The notes below the pieces were generated by a model. The model had not been told where the DNA came from, did no database searches, and saw nothing but the letters and a program-made list of their open reading frames with translations. A stretch of DNA of 64,000 nucleotides from Podarcis vaucheri (Eukaryota): assembly GCA_965113315.1 (NCBI GenBank), contig OZ220370.1, one strand, 5' to 3'. Shown here piece by piece: positions 1 through 12,379 of the stretch (position 1 is its first letter; every line of letters begins with the position of its first letter). The position numbers and the translations under genes were made by a program.

Positions 1-139
1 TGAGAATAGAAATCGCGCAGCAGGGGTGCAGCGGCAACGGGAGGCACCATTAGCTAAAGTGGTGCTTCAGGTTAAGAACAGTTTCAGGTTAAGAACGGAC
101 CTCGGGAACGAATTAAGTTCTTAACCTGAGGTACCACTG
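1..139. mobile_element. pogo/Tigger-like (Tc1/mariner superfamily) MITE, family A, cut by window edge
   Basis: Ends in TIR GAGGTACCACTG followed by TA; internal sequence matches copies at 10703, 18309, 27671, 29754. Confidence 0.85.
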
Positions 140-141
140 TA

Positions 142-533
142 CTGATCTGGAGACTATACTTCTGTTGATGCAGCCTAGAATAGCATTAGCTTTTTTTGCT
201 GCTGCATCACACTGTTGACTCATGTTAAGCTTATGGTCCACTAAGACCCCTAGATCCTTTTCACATGTACTACTAGTAAATCAGGTGTCCTCCATCTTAC
301 ATTTGTGCATCTAGTTCTTCCTGCCTAAGTGTAGAACCTTACATTTCTCCCTATTTAAACTCATTTTGTTAGTTTGGGCAGAATTCTCCAATCTGTTAAG
401 GTCTTCTTGAATCCCGATTCTGTCTTTAGTGGCATTTTAGTGGGCATCCCTCCCACTTTGGTGTCTTCTGCAAATGTGATGAGCATCCCCTCAATTCCTT
501 CATCAAAGTCGTTTATAAATATGTTGAACAACA
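142..533 (-). mobile_element. CR1 LINE ORF2 (RT C-terminal) fragment
   Basis: Reverse complement resembles the CR1 at ~22510-22895 (e.g. ctgcatcacactgttgactcatg vs catgagccaacagtgtgacgcggcag). Confidence 0.85.
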
Positions 534-1022
534 ACATCTGAATTACAAACAGATGGAATTTAAAGAAACAAAAGACTCAGAAAATTGCATTTAATCCCTC
601 CATATGTTGCTGGACTACAGCTTCAATCATCCCTGATAGTTGGCCAGAATGGCTGGGTTTAAGTATTCCAATACTTAGAAAAACAAACAACTGAAGATTT
701 CAATTCTTATGAACTCAGCACAACTGAAAGCAGCAGTTTACAATCACTTCAGGTATTCTTCCAGATGCATTTTGAAACACATTGCTTTCCGCTAGCATAT
801 GCATGCCACAGGTGCATTATGACTTGTTTTTCTTCTGGAACACCCATTTATAATAAATAAAACACAAACTGAATTTGTATTAAACTGTTTAAATCTGCAC
901 TATGTTCAGTTTACTGGCCTTCCTTTCTCTTGCACAAACAGAAATATAAAATCACACATTCTGTCCAAGGCATTGAAGCAATAAGAGTTATCCTATGGCC
1001 CTGGGAGAACCATTTTAAATTA

Positions 1023-1360
1023 CAGTGGTGCCTCGCAAGATGAAATTAATTCGTTCTGCGAGTTTTTTTGTCTTGCGAAGCACGGTTTTGGAAAAGTTTT
1101 GGAAAAGCTTCAAAAATCACCAAAGTCTTCAAAAACCTCAAAAAAGGCTACCACACCGCGTGCTATGAGTTACTCCTCGAAGTCAAGTCGCAACTATATT
1201 AACGGTTTTAAGAAAAAGGAAACAAACTTGCAAGATGTTTCCGTCTTGCGAAGCAAGCCCATAGGGAAATTCGTCTTGCGAAGCAACTCAAAAAACCAAA
1301 AACCCTTTCGTCTTGCAAGTTTTCCGTCTTGCGAGGCATTCGTCTTGCGAGGTACCACTG
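1023..1360. mobile_element. pogo/Tigger-like MITE, family B
   Basis: TIRs CAGTGGTGCCTCGCAAGA / TCTTGCGAGGTACCACTG, TA on both sides, repeated internal GTCTTGCGA motifs. Confidence 0.9.
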
Positions 1361-2189
1361 TAGTAGGTTTCCTTTCCCTTTAATCTGGCAGGATAAATAT
1401 AATTATAAAATCTAATAATCTGCTACTAATATAATATTGGAAATCTTCACAACTAAAGCATCACTCCTTCCAAACATAACTGGGTTACTTTTCTTAATAA
1501 TTATGAAGAGGGGGCATGGAGAGACTTTTCATAACATTTTGCATGGCAAGTGAGTTTTCAAATCTGATAAACCCAAAATAGCAGCCACACGCATATCCTG
1601 TCATACTTTCTTAGAAGCTGATCGAATCTTACATGGAACTGCACTTAAGACTTCTGTTTGGATAAGGTCTCCTGATAAGTATATGCACATCATATACTAT
1701 GCATATCATATGCTAGCTCACAGTCAGACTCACATGGCCCAAGATGAGAAGGGTCTTGAATTTTGCAATCAAACATTTAAGAGAGATCCCCACAAAACTT
1801 GAGGGAGGAAAAAGGAATAAGCATGAGCAAATGTTATAAACACTCAGGACATGATAGGCCCCTGACTTGGGTAGCTGCAGCCAGTTAATACTCAGGTTTC
1901 AAACTCATCATTGCTAAGGCCCTCAGTTCTTTTCTGTTCAGACTGGCTAAATTTCTACATATTCCAACTTTTCAAGTAAGCTAGCCAAAAATAAGCGCTG
2001 CATTTTTAAAAAATAAGGAAGGGGAACATAGAGCTTGATAAATGGCAGATGTTCCTTCAGAACAGGATGAGCAGGGTTCTGCAAGACACTATTAGCAATC
2101 CTGTCCGTACCCATAGTTAGATGCCCTGGAAGATGCTGGTTTACACAGAATGTATAAAGAACTACTTGAATTACTAGGCATAGTGCCTG

Positions 2190-2372
2190 TGTTCTACCTC
2201 CACTATACCAGTTGCTGAATCATAGGTGAGCAGAGTGCTGCTTAGCTCATGTCCTGCTTGCAGACTTCACAAGGTTGTCTGATTGGCTACTGTGAAAACA
2301 GAATGATGGTTGAGATGAGCCATTGGCCTGATTCAGCAGGCTGTTCTTATTATGGTCTTACCTTCTTATGTT
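2190..2372 (+). mobile_element. old CR1 3' end fragment
   Basis: Resembles reptile CR1 3' UTR (ttggcctgattcagcaggctgttcttat..) with degenerate (TTCTTATG)-like tail; recalled similarity. Confidence 0.5.
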
Positions 2373-3931
2373 AACCTTTTCTCAGTATGGTTGAGAAGCT
2401 CTACCAAGCTTGGTCCTTTTAGACTAGCTCAGGGAGTGCACAGCTTGCATTATATAGATCTCTTTTGACTGCCTAGTACCCAATATTTTGACAAAAGTTA
2501 GAGGACACCCTCCCAAGTGTATCGCAACTCGCATAACCTGCTAGCAGAAGATCCTGCCCACAGTTTGAGATGCAACAGAAAACTTACAGAAATTTGGCTC
2601 ATCTTTATTAAAAAATGTGCATGCAAGGCTTGGAATCCACAGTGACACTATATAGCTGGAACACTACTTGTCATTTTGCAAGCGACACTTCAAACATCAT
2701 CTTGACAGTTAAAATATCTTTCTGTCTGCCGTGATTAGTTTCATGGCCATTTTACTTTATGGTACTTGCAAGGTACCTTTATGGTACATTTGCTTCTCTT
2801 GAAGTATTTTAATTGGATGGCAAGCTGGCCCCACTGTAGTGACTTTAGCTATCTAAAGCAGTCCAGCAACCTGAACTGTATGTCAAAGATGCTCAGGACT
2901 AAATCACTAGTTGCTTCTGCTGATGCCTGGAGACATGATTTGTTCGCGTTTTAATTATGGATGTTTCTGTTTTAATCTTTGTGTAACTGACTTTTTTATT
3001 TTGTTAACCCACTTAGAAGCCTCTTGTGCCATTAAGTGGCACACAAACCCATCCTGTAATAAAAGGCAGGCAATAGTCTCCCCCCCCCCCATCTGCCTGA
3101 GTGTTCATGTGCTGCTTTCAGACATTTTCAGTACAACTCAGCACACTCGTCATGTGATAAGCAACAAGTATCACTATTTTGTGCAGGATAAATGGAAGTG
3201 CAGTTTGACCTTAGGGCTTAGTCGTATTATTAGAGCAAACAATCTGCTATGCTCTTGTACAGCAGCTTCTGTAAACAGACAGGCGGCAAACAAAGGGGGA
3301 GCTTTACAGAGTTTAAAATAGAAAATTGCCTTTGCATTAACAGGCTTATGGCAAGGTTACTTATGGCACATTTGCCTTTAGGACTCAGCAGGCGTGCAGT
3401 GCAGCATATTGTGTCAAGCCATCTGCTGAACAGGCAGAATCGATCTCAGAGTCTGTGTGTCCTGCTTCGCTTGCAGATTTACCCACTGTGACTAAACACA
3501 CCCACAGAACTCAAGATTTTTTGGGGAGGGGGGGGAGGAACTCCTCCAAACAGTTGGATTTGACCTTTCCGGGGCAGGGTGGCAGAAACTTAACATTTTC
3601 TATTCTCAAGGGAGAAAAGAGATAAGCTCTGAACTCACAAGTCATTTCAAGGAAAATGCAGTTTGCTCTTTTCCAAATCTGAGCTTCAAACAAATTTCAC
3701 ATGGTAATTATAATAATTGAGATGTCAAAAGCATTTTATATTTACATGCTGCTGTATAAATACTGACTAATTAAGGTTCACCATGATTTTGCTGGGAGAA
3801 TAAAAGACTGCATCTTTTTTTTTGGATCTGAATGAGAAGGTTGAAACAGAGACAACACTAGTTGCACACATGAAACTGGGATTAGAGGTGGGGCCTGAAG
3901 GGATTTCTTTTCTATTTTTAACACCTCAAGC

Positions 3932-3962
3932 AATAAATAAATAAATAAATAAAATTAATAAA
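3932..3962. repeat. (AAAT)n microsatellite
   Basis: Direct tandem repeat. Confidence 0.8.
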
Positions 3963-4309
3963 TTGCACTCCTCTGCTCTAGACTGGAATTCTTTTTACAA
4001 ATTACACCCACATACGTCCCATATAAAGAAAGAAAACACACATATTGCTTAGAATTTGCCACCTGAGGTAGACTGCTTCACATTACATTGTGGTGAGGTC
4101 AACCCTGAATTTGTCACTCCTAGTCCGTTTCAGCCTGCTGAAGAAAGCTGGGAAGAACTTGGCAGCCACACAATGTTCCTGTTCCAAATACTGAGTGACA
4201 AGAAATCTGCTTTCTGAGAAACCCTTTGCCAAATGTCTATTACTCAGGAAGAATCATGCTGACTTCTTGTCAGAGTCAAATCTGCCTCAGATGCTCATCT
4301 AGCTCTTGC

Positions 4310-4851
4310 TACATCGCTGCACCCATCTTTGGACTACTGTAATGTGTTCTACATAGGGCTACCTTTTAAGGTGACTCAGAAACTACAACTAATCTAGAAT
4401 GTGGCTGCTAGACTGCTGGCTGGGAGTGACCGCTGGAACCATATGACACCAGTCCTAAAGGATCTACACTGGCTCCCAGTACGTTTCTGAGCACAATTCA
4501 AAGTGTCAGTGCTGACCTTTAAAGCCCTAAACGGCGTCAACCCTGTATACCTGAAGAAGCGTATTCAACCCCATTATTGAGCCTGGATATTGAGGTCCAC
4601 CTCCGAGGGCCTTCTGGAGGTTCCCTGTGAGAAGTGAAGTTACAGGGAACCAGGCAGTGAGGGTCTTCTCGGTAGTGGAGCCTGCCGTGTGGAACACCCT
4701 CCAGTCAGATGTAAAACAGATAAATACACTTAGAAGACATCTGAAGGCAGCCCTGTATAGGGAAGTTTTAAATGTTTGATGTCTCATTGTGTTTTTATAT
4801 TATGCTGGAAGCCACCCATAGTGGCTGGGGCAACCCAGATATAAATAATAA
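4310..4851 (+). mobile_element. L2 LINE 3' fragment
   Basis: Encodes a degenerate LDYCNVFYIGLPFKVTQKLQLI*NVAARLL ... LHWLPV, typical of the L2 ORF2 C-terminus; ends in an (AAT)-rich tail. Confidence 0.85.
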
Positions 4852-4943
4852 ATGGCTGCTATTATTTGTAGGTGCTACAGAATGTGGGAAACCCAGTCAG
4901 GAAGACTCTGCCAGGAATAATGATAAGGCAGGCTTTCCTAAGG

Positions 4944-5140
4944 GGAAGGGATGTAGCACAGCGGTAGAACAGCTGCTTTGCATGCAGAAGGTCCCAAGTT
5001 CAGTCCCAGGCATCTCTAGGTAGGGCTGGGAAAGAATCCTGTCTGAAACCCTGGAGTGCCATTAGTAGCCAATGTAGACAATGCTAAGCTAGGTGAACCA
5101 ATGGGCTTGATTCAGTGTCAGGAAACATTCAGTGTTCTTA
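4944..5140 (+). mobile_element. tRNA-derived SINE (Squam3-like)
   Basis: Pol III A/B-box-like head (tagcacagcggtagaac...ccaagttcagtcccagg) and body shared with copies at 6390, 8580, 28950. Confidence 0.75.
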
Positions 5141-5169
5141 GTTTCCTGCTAAGTTTTTGATCCTGAACC

Positions 5170-5390
5170 TCTGCTGCCTTGCGAGATATCTTCTGCAGAA
5201 GGAAAGGCTAAGGAGGAAACCTTACACAAATCCAGAGCGGAATCCCTAAGACAGCTGGTGCCAAATGTATTGCTCTGTTTTCCTTTGGACCTCTTCAGCA
5301 AGGCTAAGAGGAGGTCTTGTTGTCTGGGGCGGGCAGCCTAGGATTTCCATACATACTGCCCAGGCTTGCACCCCAGGAAGGTCACCCAGG
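5170..5390. repeat. unclassified interspersed repeat fragment
   Basis: Recalled similarity to a squamate repeat; class and boundaries uncertain. Confidence 0.3.
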
Positions 5391-5589
5391 AATTGGATGA
5401 TTTCCATGTTCATGCTGAGCCTCTCTGAAGGGTTGGCTTGGGACATCATGGTTTCCATGGGGCTAACTCGAGTGGTTATTGGTCCACCACATTCAGCAAG
5501 CCATACCCAGGCTTTCATCTTTGTTCCAAGAGCAGAGATGGGTGTTCTGATGGGGGGGGGATGGATGGAAGAGTTGTACAATCCAGTTC

Positions 5590-5730
5590 GCTTCCTTGGA
5601 GGTTTTTAAACAGAGGTCAGATGGTCCTTTGTCAGAGATTCTTTAGCTGAGATTCCTGCATTGCAGAGTGTTGGACTAAATGAGCCCTGGGAGGCCTTCA
5701 ACTGTATAGTTCTTTGATTCAGTTCTATGA
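5590..5730 (+). mobile_element. CR1 3' end fragment
   Basis: ttggaggtttttaaacagagg...ttcctgcattgcagag..ttggacta matches the 3' end of the CR1 at 23320-23455. Confidence 0.75.
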
Positions 5731-6389
5731 CATGCCAGTTTCTGGTGAGCTTTGGACTCACAACAACAACTCACCTCTGCAGATGGTGGTGGGGAATTCA
5801 GGTAGTCCTGGAAACAAATGGAATCTGACGGATTCATGAAGGCTCTAAGGGGTTTTCTTGTGGTTAGAATTGGCGATTCTGCTCAGGTTCTGGTCTCATT
5901 GTGCAATGATGAGACACAACAGGCCACTGACAGCCCCATCAACTCGGACTGGTTATATACCCAACTACATATGTTTCACCCCAATGCTTGCGGTTTTACA
6001 AGTGCTGCAAAACTGGCTAAAGACTGCAGCACACGCAAGTAACTTGCACTAAGATTAGAGCAACCTGGTTGCCAAGCAACCTTTTTGTTTAGCAGAACGT
6101 AATACACAGCAGCAGCTTGTCAACTGGGGAAGTTGTAATCAGGTACAAGGACTGGCTTAATGGCTCGTGAACACTTAAGTCATCATGCAATTTGCTGTGC
6201 TTTTCTCCTCAGGAGTTCCCATGGGGAAGAAGCACTTGGTGGGGCTTCTTAGATGAAAAACTTGTAGATGGACCAAATCAGGCTATTGGACTCTTCACCA
6301 CTTGAGAGTACCTTTCCCACCAAGAGAAGTAAAACCATTCTGAAGGCGAAAGTGAACACCCAAGCTTACAAACATGGATCCATTATATT

Positions 6390-6665
6390 GGAAAGGGTCA
6401 CAGCTCTGCAGGAGAGTATTTGCCTTGCAAGATCCCCAGAAAGTGATCTCAAGGAAGGGCTGGGAAAACGCCTACCCGAAAAACCCTGGAGAGCCACTGC
6501 CAGTCAGTGTAGACAATTCTGAGCTAGATGCATAGCTGTCAACTTTTCCCTTTTCTGGCAAGGAATCCTATTCGGAATAAGGGAATTTCCCTTTAAAAAA
6601 GGAAAAAATTGACAGCTATGACTAGATGGCCCAATGGTCTGACTTTAATAGAACTCCTGCATGCA
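6390..6665 (+). mobile_element. Squam3-like SINE interrupted by a hAT MITE
   Basis: gaaaccctggagagccactgccagtcagtgtagacaattctgagctagatg resumes as gcccaatggtctgact after the insert. Confidence 0.7.
6531..6620. mobile_element. 90-bp hAT-type MITE
   Basis: TIRs CATAGCTGTCAA / TTGACAGCTATG; 8-bp TSD GCTAGATG/ACTAGATG. Confidence 0.85.
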
Positions 6666-8144
6666 AAGTGCTTTACTATCCACAGTCATATGAATAAATC
6701 AATTTGTGGAGTGGGTGAAAAGGGAAGCAAACCTGCCTTGCAGTCATAGCTGTTACGGGGTTTGAATTCCATCATTGGAGCTCTGAAGCAAACACTCTCC
6801 ACTGATCCACTTCCATTAGCAAAAACATATAGTCAAAGGCCTTCATTCAGAGTGCCTCACTTCAGGATTAGGATCTTAGAACTAAGGCATTCCTAAGGCA
6901 CTAGGAGACCCACAGTAAAGTTTCTGTCGGATAACATTCACCCTAAGAAACCTCAGCCCTGTATACTTGCATGAGATAGCTAGCAGCCTTTCGAATGCTG
7001 CTTTTTCAGGATGAGCAAACCCAAAGCACTAACTTCAAAGCCTGAGGCACTGGCAGCTGCTTTAGCTAGAGGTTTCTGTGTATCCCTAAATAACCTCACA
7101 GATAACAACCATACTTCTGTTGTTGTAAATCTCACCATTATTGTGATCTGTGTACTGAAGAATGTCTTTGAAGTAGGGATATTTTAGAAAGAGAGATCTC
7201 TTCACTTATAACTATGCTGCCAGTTATTCAAAATATTGTTAAATCCCTGTCTAGACCTCCCATTACCATGTCTTGAGCCTCAGACATGCATAAAATGGAT
7301 TATGAATTTAAATGAAGTCTAGCAGTACTCCTAACGGTGGACAAAATAAATATAAAATGCACACTTGATTCCTGCCTTTAGAATACTTCTGTGTGGTCAG
7401 TAATCCAAACAACACTGTCAAAGGCCTCTATAAAAATACCAACAGTGTTTTTAAGACTTCCAAGAGCAAATATCTAGAGAGATTGCCATCCCATTTCTAT
7501 TATTCCACTGTAACGTATAATAAAAGCAACTCACAGTAATAAGAGGATTATCCTTTTAGAGTCTCAGTTTGTGGCTTTATTTATTTATTTATTTTTAAAG
7601 CTCCCCAACTGTTCTATTCCCTGACTTTGTAATTAACTATATCTGCACACACAAAAAATAAATAATAAAGACAGTCTGCTTATTGTCAAGTAGCTTACAA
7701 TGTGACTCATGTAACACACATCATTTAACTGTGTGCAAAATATGCAGGGTGATGGCTTCACATCTGTTTGTGGTTATTTTGCTACTACTTCTACCTTCCT
7801 CCACCCTTCCTGCTTTCAGCTGCATTTTTTAAAAAAACCCAAACCCTCTTTCGTAATTTCTGAACGGAATATATTCCATTAATCTTCTTAAACACACAGT
7901 ACAGTCCATCCAATACACTTAAGTCACAGTGATCGTAATAAAGTTTAAACATGTGCAATTGTTTCTGGACTGCAACAAAACAAGAAAGAGTAGTCAAAAG
8001 ATGGGGGGGGGGGAACCTTTCCTGCATCACTACTGAGCAGCATCTCTTTCTTGAACAGGAGATTGTAAAGTAATTTATTTACTGCAAAACGAGAAGCCTT
8101 TCAAAACGAAAAGAAGACCCTGTGATTAAATTGGCAAGTTTCCT

Positions 8145-8559
8145 CAGTGGCGGAGGAAGGGGTGTGGTGGGGTGTGGTCCACCCCGGGTGTCATCCCTGA
8201 GGGGGCTGACAAAATGACAAAAATATGAGGTTTTTTTAAAAAATGGGCTCACAAAACCTTTTAGTTCAGTCAACAAATGTAACAAAATGCGGCTGGCACT
8301 GGCACCACACTGCAGAGGCCGGGACTTACTGTGGGACCTGCAGCGTGCCTGAACCACGCGTCTCTCCTGGGAGTGATGTGATGGCTTGGGCGTCTGCAGG
8401 CTCCACACTGCCTAAAACGTCAGTGTGAGACTTGCATCTGCCCTACAGCTGAGGGGGAGGCTCCACTCAGCGCGCCCTGCCCCCATGGGCAGCTCGCCCC
8501 ACCCCGGCTGCAGGACGCACACGCTGCACCCGGCACCCGAGCGGCTAGCTACACCGCTG
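8145..8559. mobile_element. GC-rich non-autonomous hAT (Tip100-like) element
   Basis: Termini CAGTGGCG.. / ..CACCGCTG; 8-bp TSD AGTTTCCT/CGTTTCCT. Confidence 0.8.
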
Positions 8560-8657
8560 CGTTTCCTTTCATCAAATCATAGAAACATGAGAACCTGTCT
8601 TATGCCAAGTCAGAAGATTAGTCCATCTAGCTGTGTACTGTGTGCACTAACTGGTAG

Positions 8658-9260
8658 TGTGATGGCCTGGGATTCGGATGCTGAACCTGAAGAATCCCAG
8701 CCTGCCCAGGATTCCCCGCCTCCAGAACCAGCTGAGCCGGGGCTGGGGCCTGAGCCTGAAGGGTCCTCACCTGTGCTGGGTCCTCAGGTGCAGGCACCAG
8801 CTGAGTCTGCTCAGGCTCCTGAAGGGGTGGAGGACCCACTGCCTGCAGGTACTCCACTCTCAGCCCCGGCAGAGGAAGCTAAGGTTGCCTCTGGGTCCAG
8901 TAACCCTCCAGCCTCTCCTGAGTTGCAGAGGCTCAGGGCAGAGAGGTGGAGGGAACTAAGTTCCTGCAGGAGGAGTGCTCGCCTCTAGGCCAGGAGAGGC
9001 AAGTCACCAGAGGATCGGGGCTGCCCTGTGCCTCGGGGCAGATAAAAGCCAGCTAGCCCCAGTCCCAAGTTGCGGGAGCAACTTCGTTGGTTGAGAGTTC
9101 CTGCCTGAACCCTGTCCTGCTATCCTGCCGGAGCTCCTGACCTCACCCGACTACCTGCCCTGCATCCAGCTTCAACTTTTATGGACTGCCTCCATATTGC
9201 ACCTTTGACCTCAGAATGGACTCGGACCTCGCCTCTTGGTTAGCCCACGGGACCAGCACA
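8658..9260 (+). mobile_element. solo LTR (probably Ty3/Gypsy-type), 603 bp
   Basis: TG...CA termini, perfect 5-bp TSD GGTAG (8653-8657, 9261-9265), TATA-like GATAAAA at 9041. Confidence 0.85.
8662..8988 (+). CDS. putative LTR (U3)-embedded ORF, 108 aa, Pro/Glu/Ala-rich with C-terminal RRSARL
   Basis: ATG at LTR position 5, open to TAG 8986-8988; expression not shown. Confidence 0.3.
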   Translation: MAWDSDAEPEESQPAQDSPPPEPAEPGLGPEPEGSSPVLGPQVQAPAESAQAPEGVEDPLPAGTPLSAPAEEAKVASGSSNPPASPELQRLRAERWRELSSCRRSARL

Positions 9261-9905
9261 GGTAGTGATTTGCCAGGGTTCAGCCCAGGAATTGAACTTG
9301 GGGCATTCTGCATGCAAAGCAGATGCTATGGCCCTCGCAAGTCAGCAGTGTGTCATGTTAGATTGTCAGTCACCTTTGAAGCACAAGAGAGATTCCAAAG
9401 CAGCTCATGCAGCACATAAGGGAGCAGCTGTTCCATGGGTAAAAAACAACAACAAGCAAATAAATGGTGCAAGTTCAGCTGAGTTCATGGACGCTCCTAC
9501 ATGTACCTGAATTTATCCTCTGGATCACTTATTTGCATCACGAAGCTTACCGTCTTTCCAATTTGGCCAAATTTATCAGCTGAAATTTGTACTTGAATTA
9601 CACTGGACAAAACGGGTTTTCATGAAGCTAATCATGTTTCTCAGAGGAAAGGAAGGTTCACATTTGTTTTGCAGTGATATTTCCTGGCAACCTTTCTAAA
9701 GATTAATATAATACCCCTGGGACCCATAATGAAGTGCTCACTGCTAAGTGTTCCTGTTCAAGTTCCAGCCAGCCAGCCATACCTTCTTCCAGAATACTCC
9801 AACTCATTCCCCCTGTATCTCTGTTTTTCTGTCTCCACCCCCTGCCCCACAAAGTCATTCCACACCCAATGAGCATGCTTAGTACACATTGGGCCGGTTT
9901 GGGTA

Positions 9906-10136
9906 CAGTGATACCTCTGGTTAAGAACTTAATTCGTTCTGGAAGTCCGTTCTTAACCTTAAACTGTTCTTAACCTGAAGTACCACTTTAGCTAATGGGG
10001 CCTCCTGCTGCCACCCGCCGCCACTGCCGCCGCATGGTTTCTGTTCTTATCCTGAAGCAAAGTTCTCAACCCGAGGTACTATTTCTGGGTTAGCAGAGTC
10101 TGTAACCTGAAGCATCTGTAACCTGAGGTACCACTG
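9906..10136. mobile_element. pogo/Tigger-like MITE, family A
   Basis: TIRs CAGTGATACCTC / GAGGTACCACTG, TA flanks. Confidence 0.9.
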
Positions 10137-10702
10137 TATTGCCCCTCACCTTAGGGTTTTCCTACCCTAAAATTGCTTGTTACTCCTGAAAACCTTGGGA
10201 CTCCCCTCTAGCATGCCTGCTGATACCTCTCTTGTGTATGGATGGCACCATTTTGACTATACAGGCAGCCTTGCTCCATCTATACCAGTATTTCCTATAT
10301 GATGTACTAATAGAATTTCAAATCTGCTAAATTTACAGATTGTGTCATCAATTGTGCAATTTTATGTTATTTTAGAATCAGATCTCTCTGAAACTTCCTT
10401 TAAAACTTTCCATTGTGTAAAATAGAGGAAGGAATGTTTCAAAAGTTTCCCTTTCCCCCATCTTTGCTTTACATTACTATCCCCTGGGGTATATAAGACA
10501 TCGGAGTAACCCAGGGCACAGAATTATCATACATTAAGCAATCCTTTTACTTCAGTGTAGCTCTCCACCCCCCACCCCCCCACGATAACAATCATGTTCA
10601 TTTAAAAGAAGATCATAAGTCATGGGGATGGGGTGAATGTGCGCATGAATTCAACAGTGCCAAGTTTATTTTTTGGTTGCTATTTTGTTAATGTTGTTAA
10701 TA

Positions 10703-11306
10703 CAGTGGTACATATGCTTCAGGTTACATAAGCTTCAGGTTACAGACTCTGCTAACCCAGAAATAGTACCTCGGGTTAAGAACTTTGCTTCAGGATAAGA
10801 ACAGAAATCACGCTCCGGCGGCGCGGTGGCAGCAGGAGGCCCCACTACCTAAAGTGGTGCTTCAGGTTAAGAATAGTTTCAGGTTAAGAGACTATTTGCA
10901 GAACACATGGTTATAATAGGTTAAGATACTGAGTAAAGATAACTGACAGAGGGTAAGGATTTGCTGAATTCAATATCTGAACTGGAATACAAAAAGGGAG
11001 GTGTGAGGAGGTCAGGAAACTAGTAAATGAAGTATAAGATATGAAATTATTGATCTTTTTTTTTTCTTTTTGTTTCTTTTCGTTAACTGTTTTCTATTTT
11101 GTATTTTTCATGTGTTCTGTTTTTGTATTTTTGTAGCTCTTCATTCTTTTCTTAGGGTTATTTTTTGTTCTTACTCGTTAAGCCTAAACTTTGAAACTTT
11201 TTAATGTTTGTAAAATCTTAATAAATATTACTTTTAAAAAAAGAATAGTTTCAGGTTAAGAACGGACCTCTGGAAGGAATTAAGTACTTAACCCGAGGTA
11301 CCACTG
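10703..11306. mobile_element. pogo/Tigger-like MITE, family A, carrying a nested retroposed insert
   Basis: TA-CAGTGGTAC ... GGTACCACTG-TA; interrupted at 10890-11240. Confidence 0.9.
10890..11240 (+). mobile_element. 5'-truncated L1-like 3' end
   Basis: 21-bp TSD AAGAATAGTTTCAGGTTAAGA (10869-10889, 11241-11261), AATAAA at 11220, short A tail, T-rich 3' UTR. Confidence 0.75.
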
Positions 11307-12379
11307 TATTGTTTTATAAATTATAACTGCTGCAGTACTTTGTGAATTGTAATTGTGCTGTTTAGCTAATTTGTTTTGTTAATAGTGTTTTGTAGACTTT
11401 GTTTCCTGATAATTTGTTAATTATTCTATAGAATTTATGTTGTATTTGTGATGTTCTATTATGTTACTGTTATTTATTGTTTGTAATCCACTTTGCAATT
11501 TGTATGAATGAAAAGAGGCACAGAAATATAATAAATAAATAAAATCAATCATTTTAAAACTGGCTGTAAGTATGAAAAACCTGACATTTATCAAAGAAGA
11601 CTAATCTTTCTTTTGTCCCATGTTCACCAATTTTAACTCTTCCCTTCTCCTACAAGGAGAATGACAAAACCTGGTATTTCTTTTCCCTGGGAATTTCTTG
11701 TTTTTGATTAAGTGAATACAAACAACTACAGCTATCAAAACCCAGGCAGACGGCAGTGTCTCTCTTGGGTAATAAGAGCAAGATCTCCATTCTGATTTCC
11801 CTTAGTTATTTCAGCCAAGTTATATGTACTTGGCAATAAATTTGAGAAGCATGGCAGAAATGAAATTGCTCTATTTATATATTAACGGGGGGAGGGGGGA
11901 GGAATATATCCCGATGCCATTTTCTTTATTACCACTTATATATGGGGAAGATTTTCAATTAAGTTTTCATTTAAAGGTGGACCTACCTATTCAATATTTT
12001 CCAAAACAGTAGGTGGACAAAAACACAGCCATCCTTTGAAATTTGTATCACTTTGACTTTTGCAATACAGTTCTGTTTCCAAGCAATGGGTATAACATTG
12101 TGTATAAAAATGTATATTCTAGGGCAAAGCATAAAAATGGCTTTGCAAAAATAGGCATATTAGGCAAAACTACATACAAGAGAATTAGGAGAAATTTCAT
12201 AATGTTTTTTTTTTAATTACAAACTGCTGTGGACAATTGAACTTAAGAGTGGAAAATTGACAGGTTTGTCTATTCCTGCTCTTTTGTAATGAAATTCTAA
12301 CCAGATGATAGAGATATTCCAGTAACCTCTGGATAAGTTTCAACAACTGAGGTGCAATTTCATTAAAGTATCATGGAAT

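Larger units (their letters stand above)
8580..9335 (-). mobile_element. Squam3-like SINE split by a solo LTR
   Basis: SINE 3' part at 8580-8657 and tRNA-like head at 9266-9335 (ggaattgaacttggggcattctgcatgcaaagcagatgct) flank the LTR. Confidence 0.7.

Noticed and set aside
1023-1360. Spaced GTCTTGCGA repeats resembling a CRISPR array
   Set aside because: Short, irregularly spaced, in both orientations and enclosed by TIRs and TA; eukaryotic DNA
8425-8988. 187-aa ORF from the ORF track
   Set aside because: It crosses three unrelated elements (hAT, SINE, LTR) from a non-ATG start; only the LTR-internal part is considered
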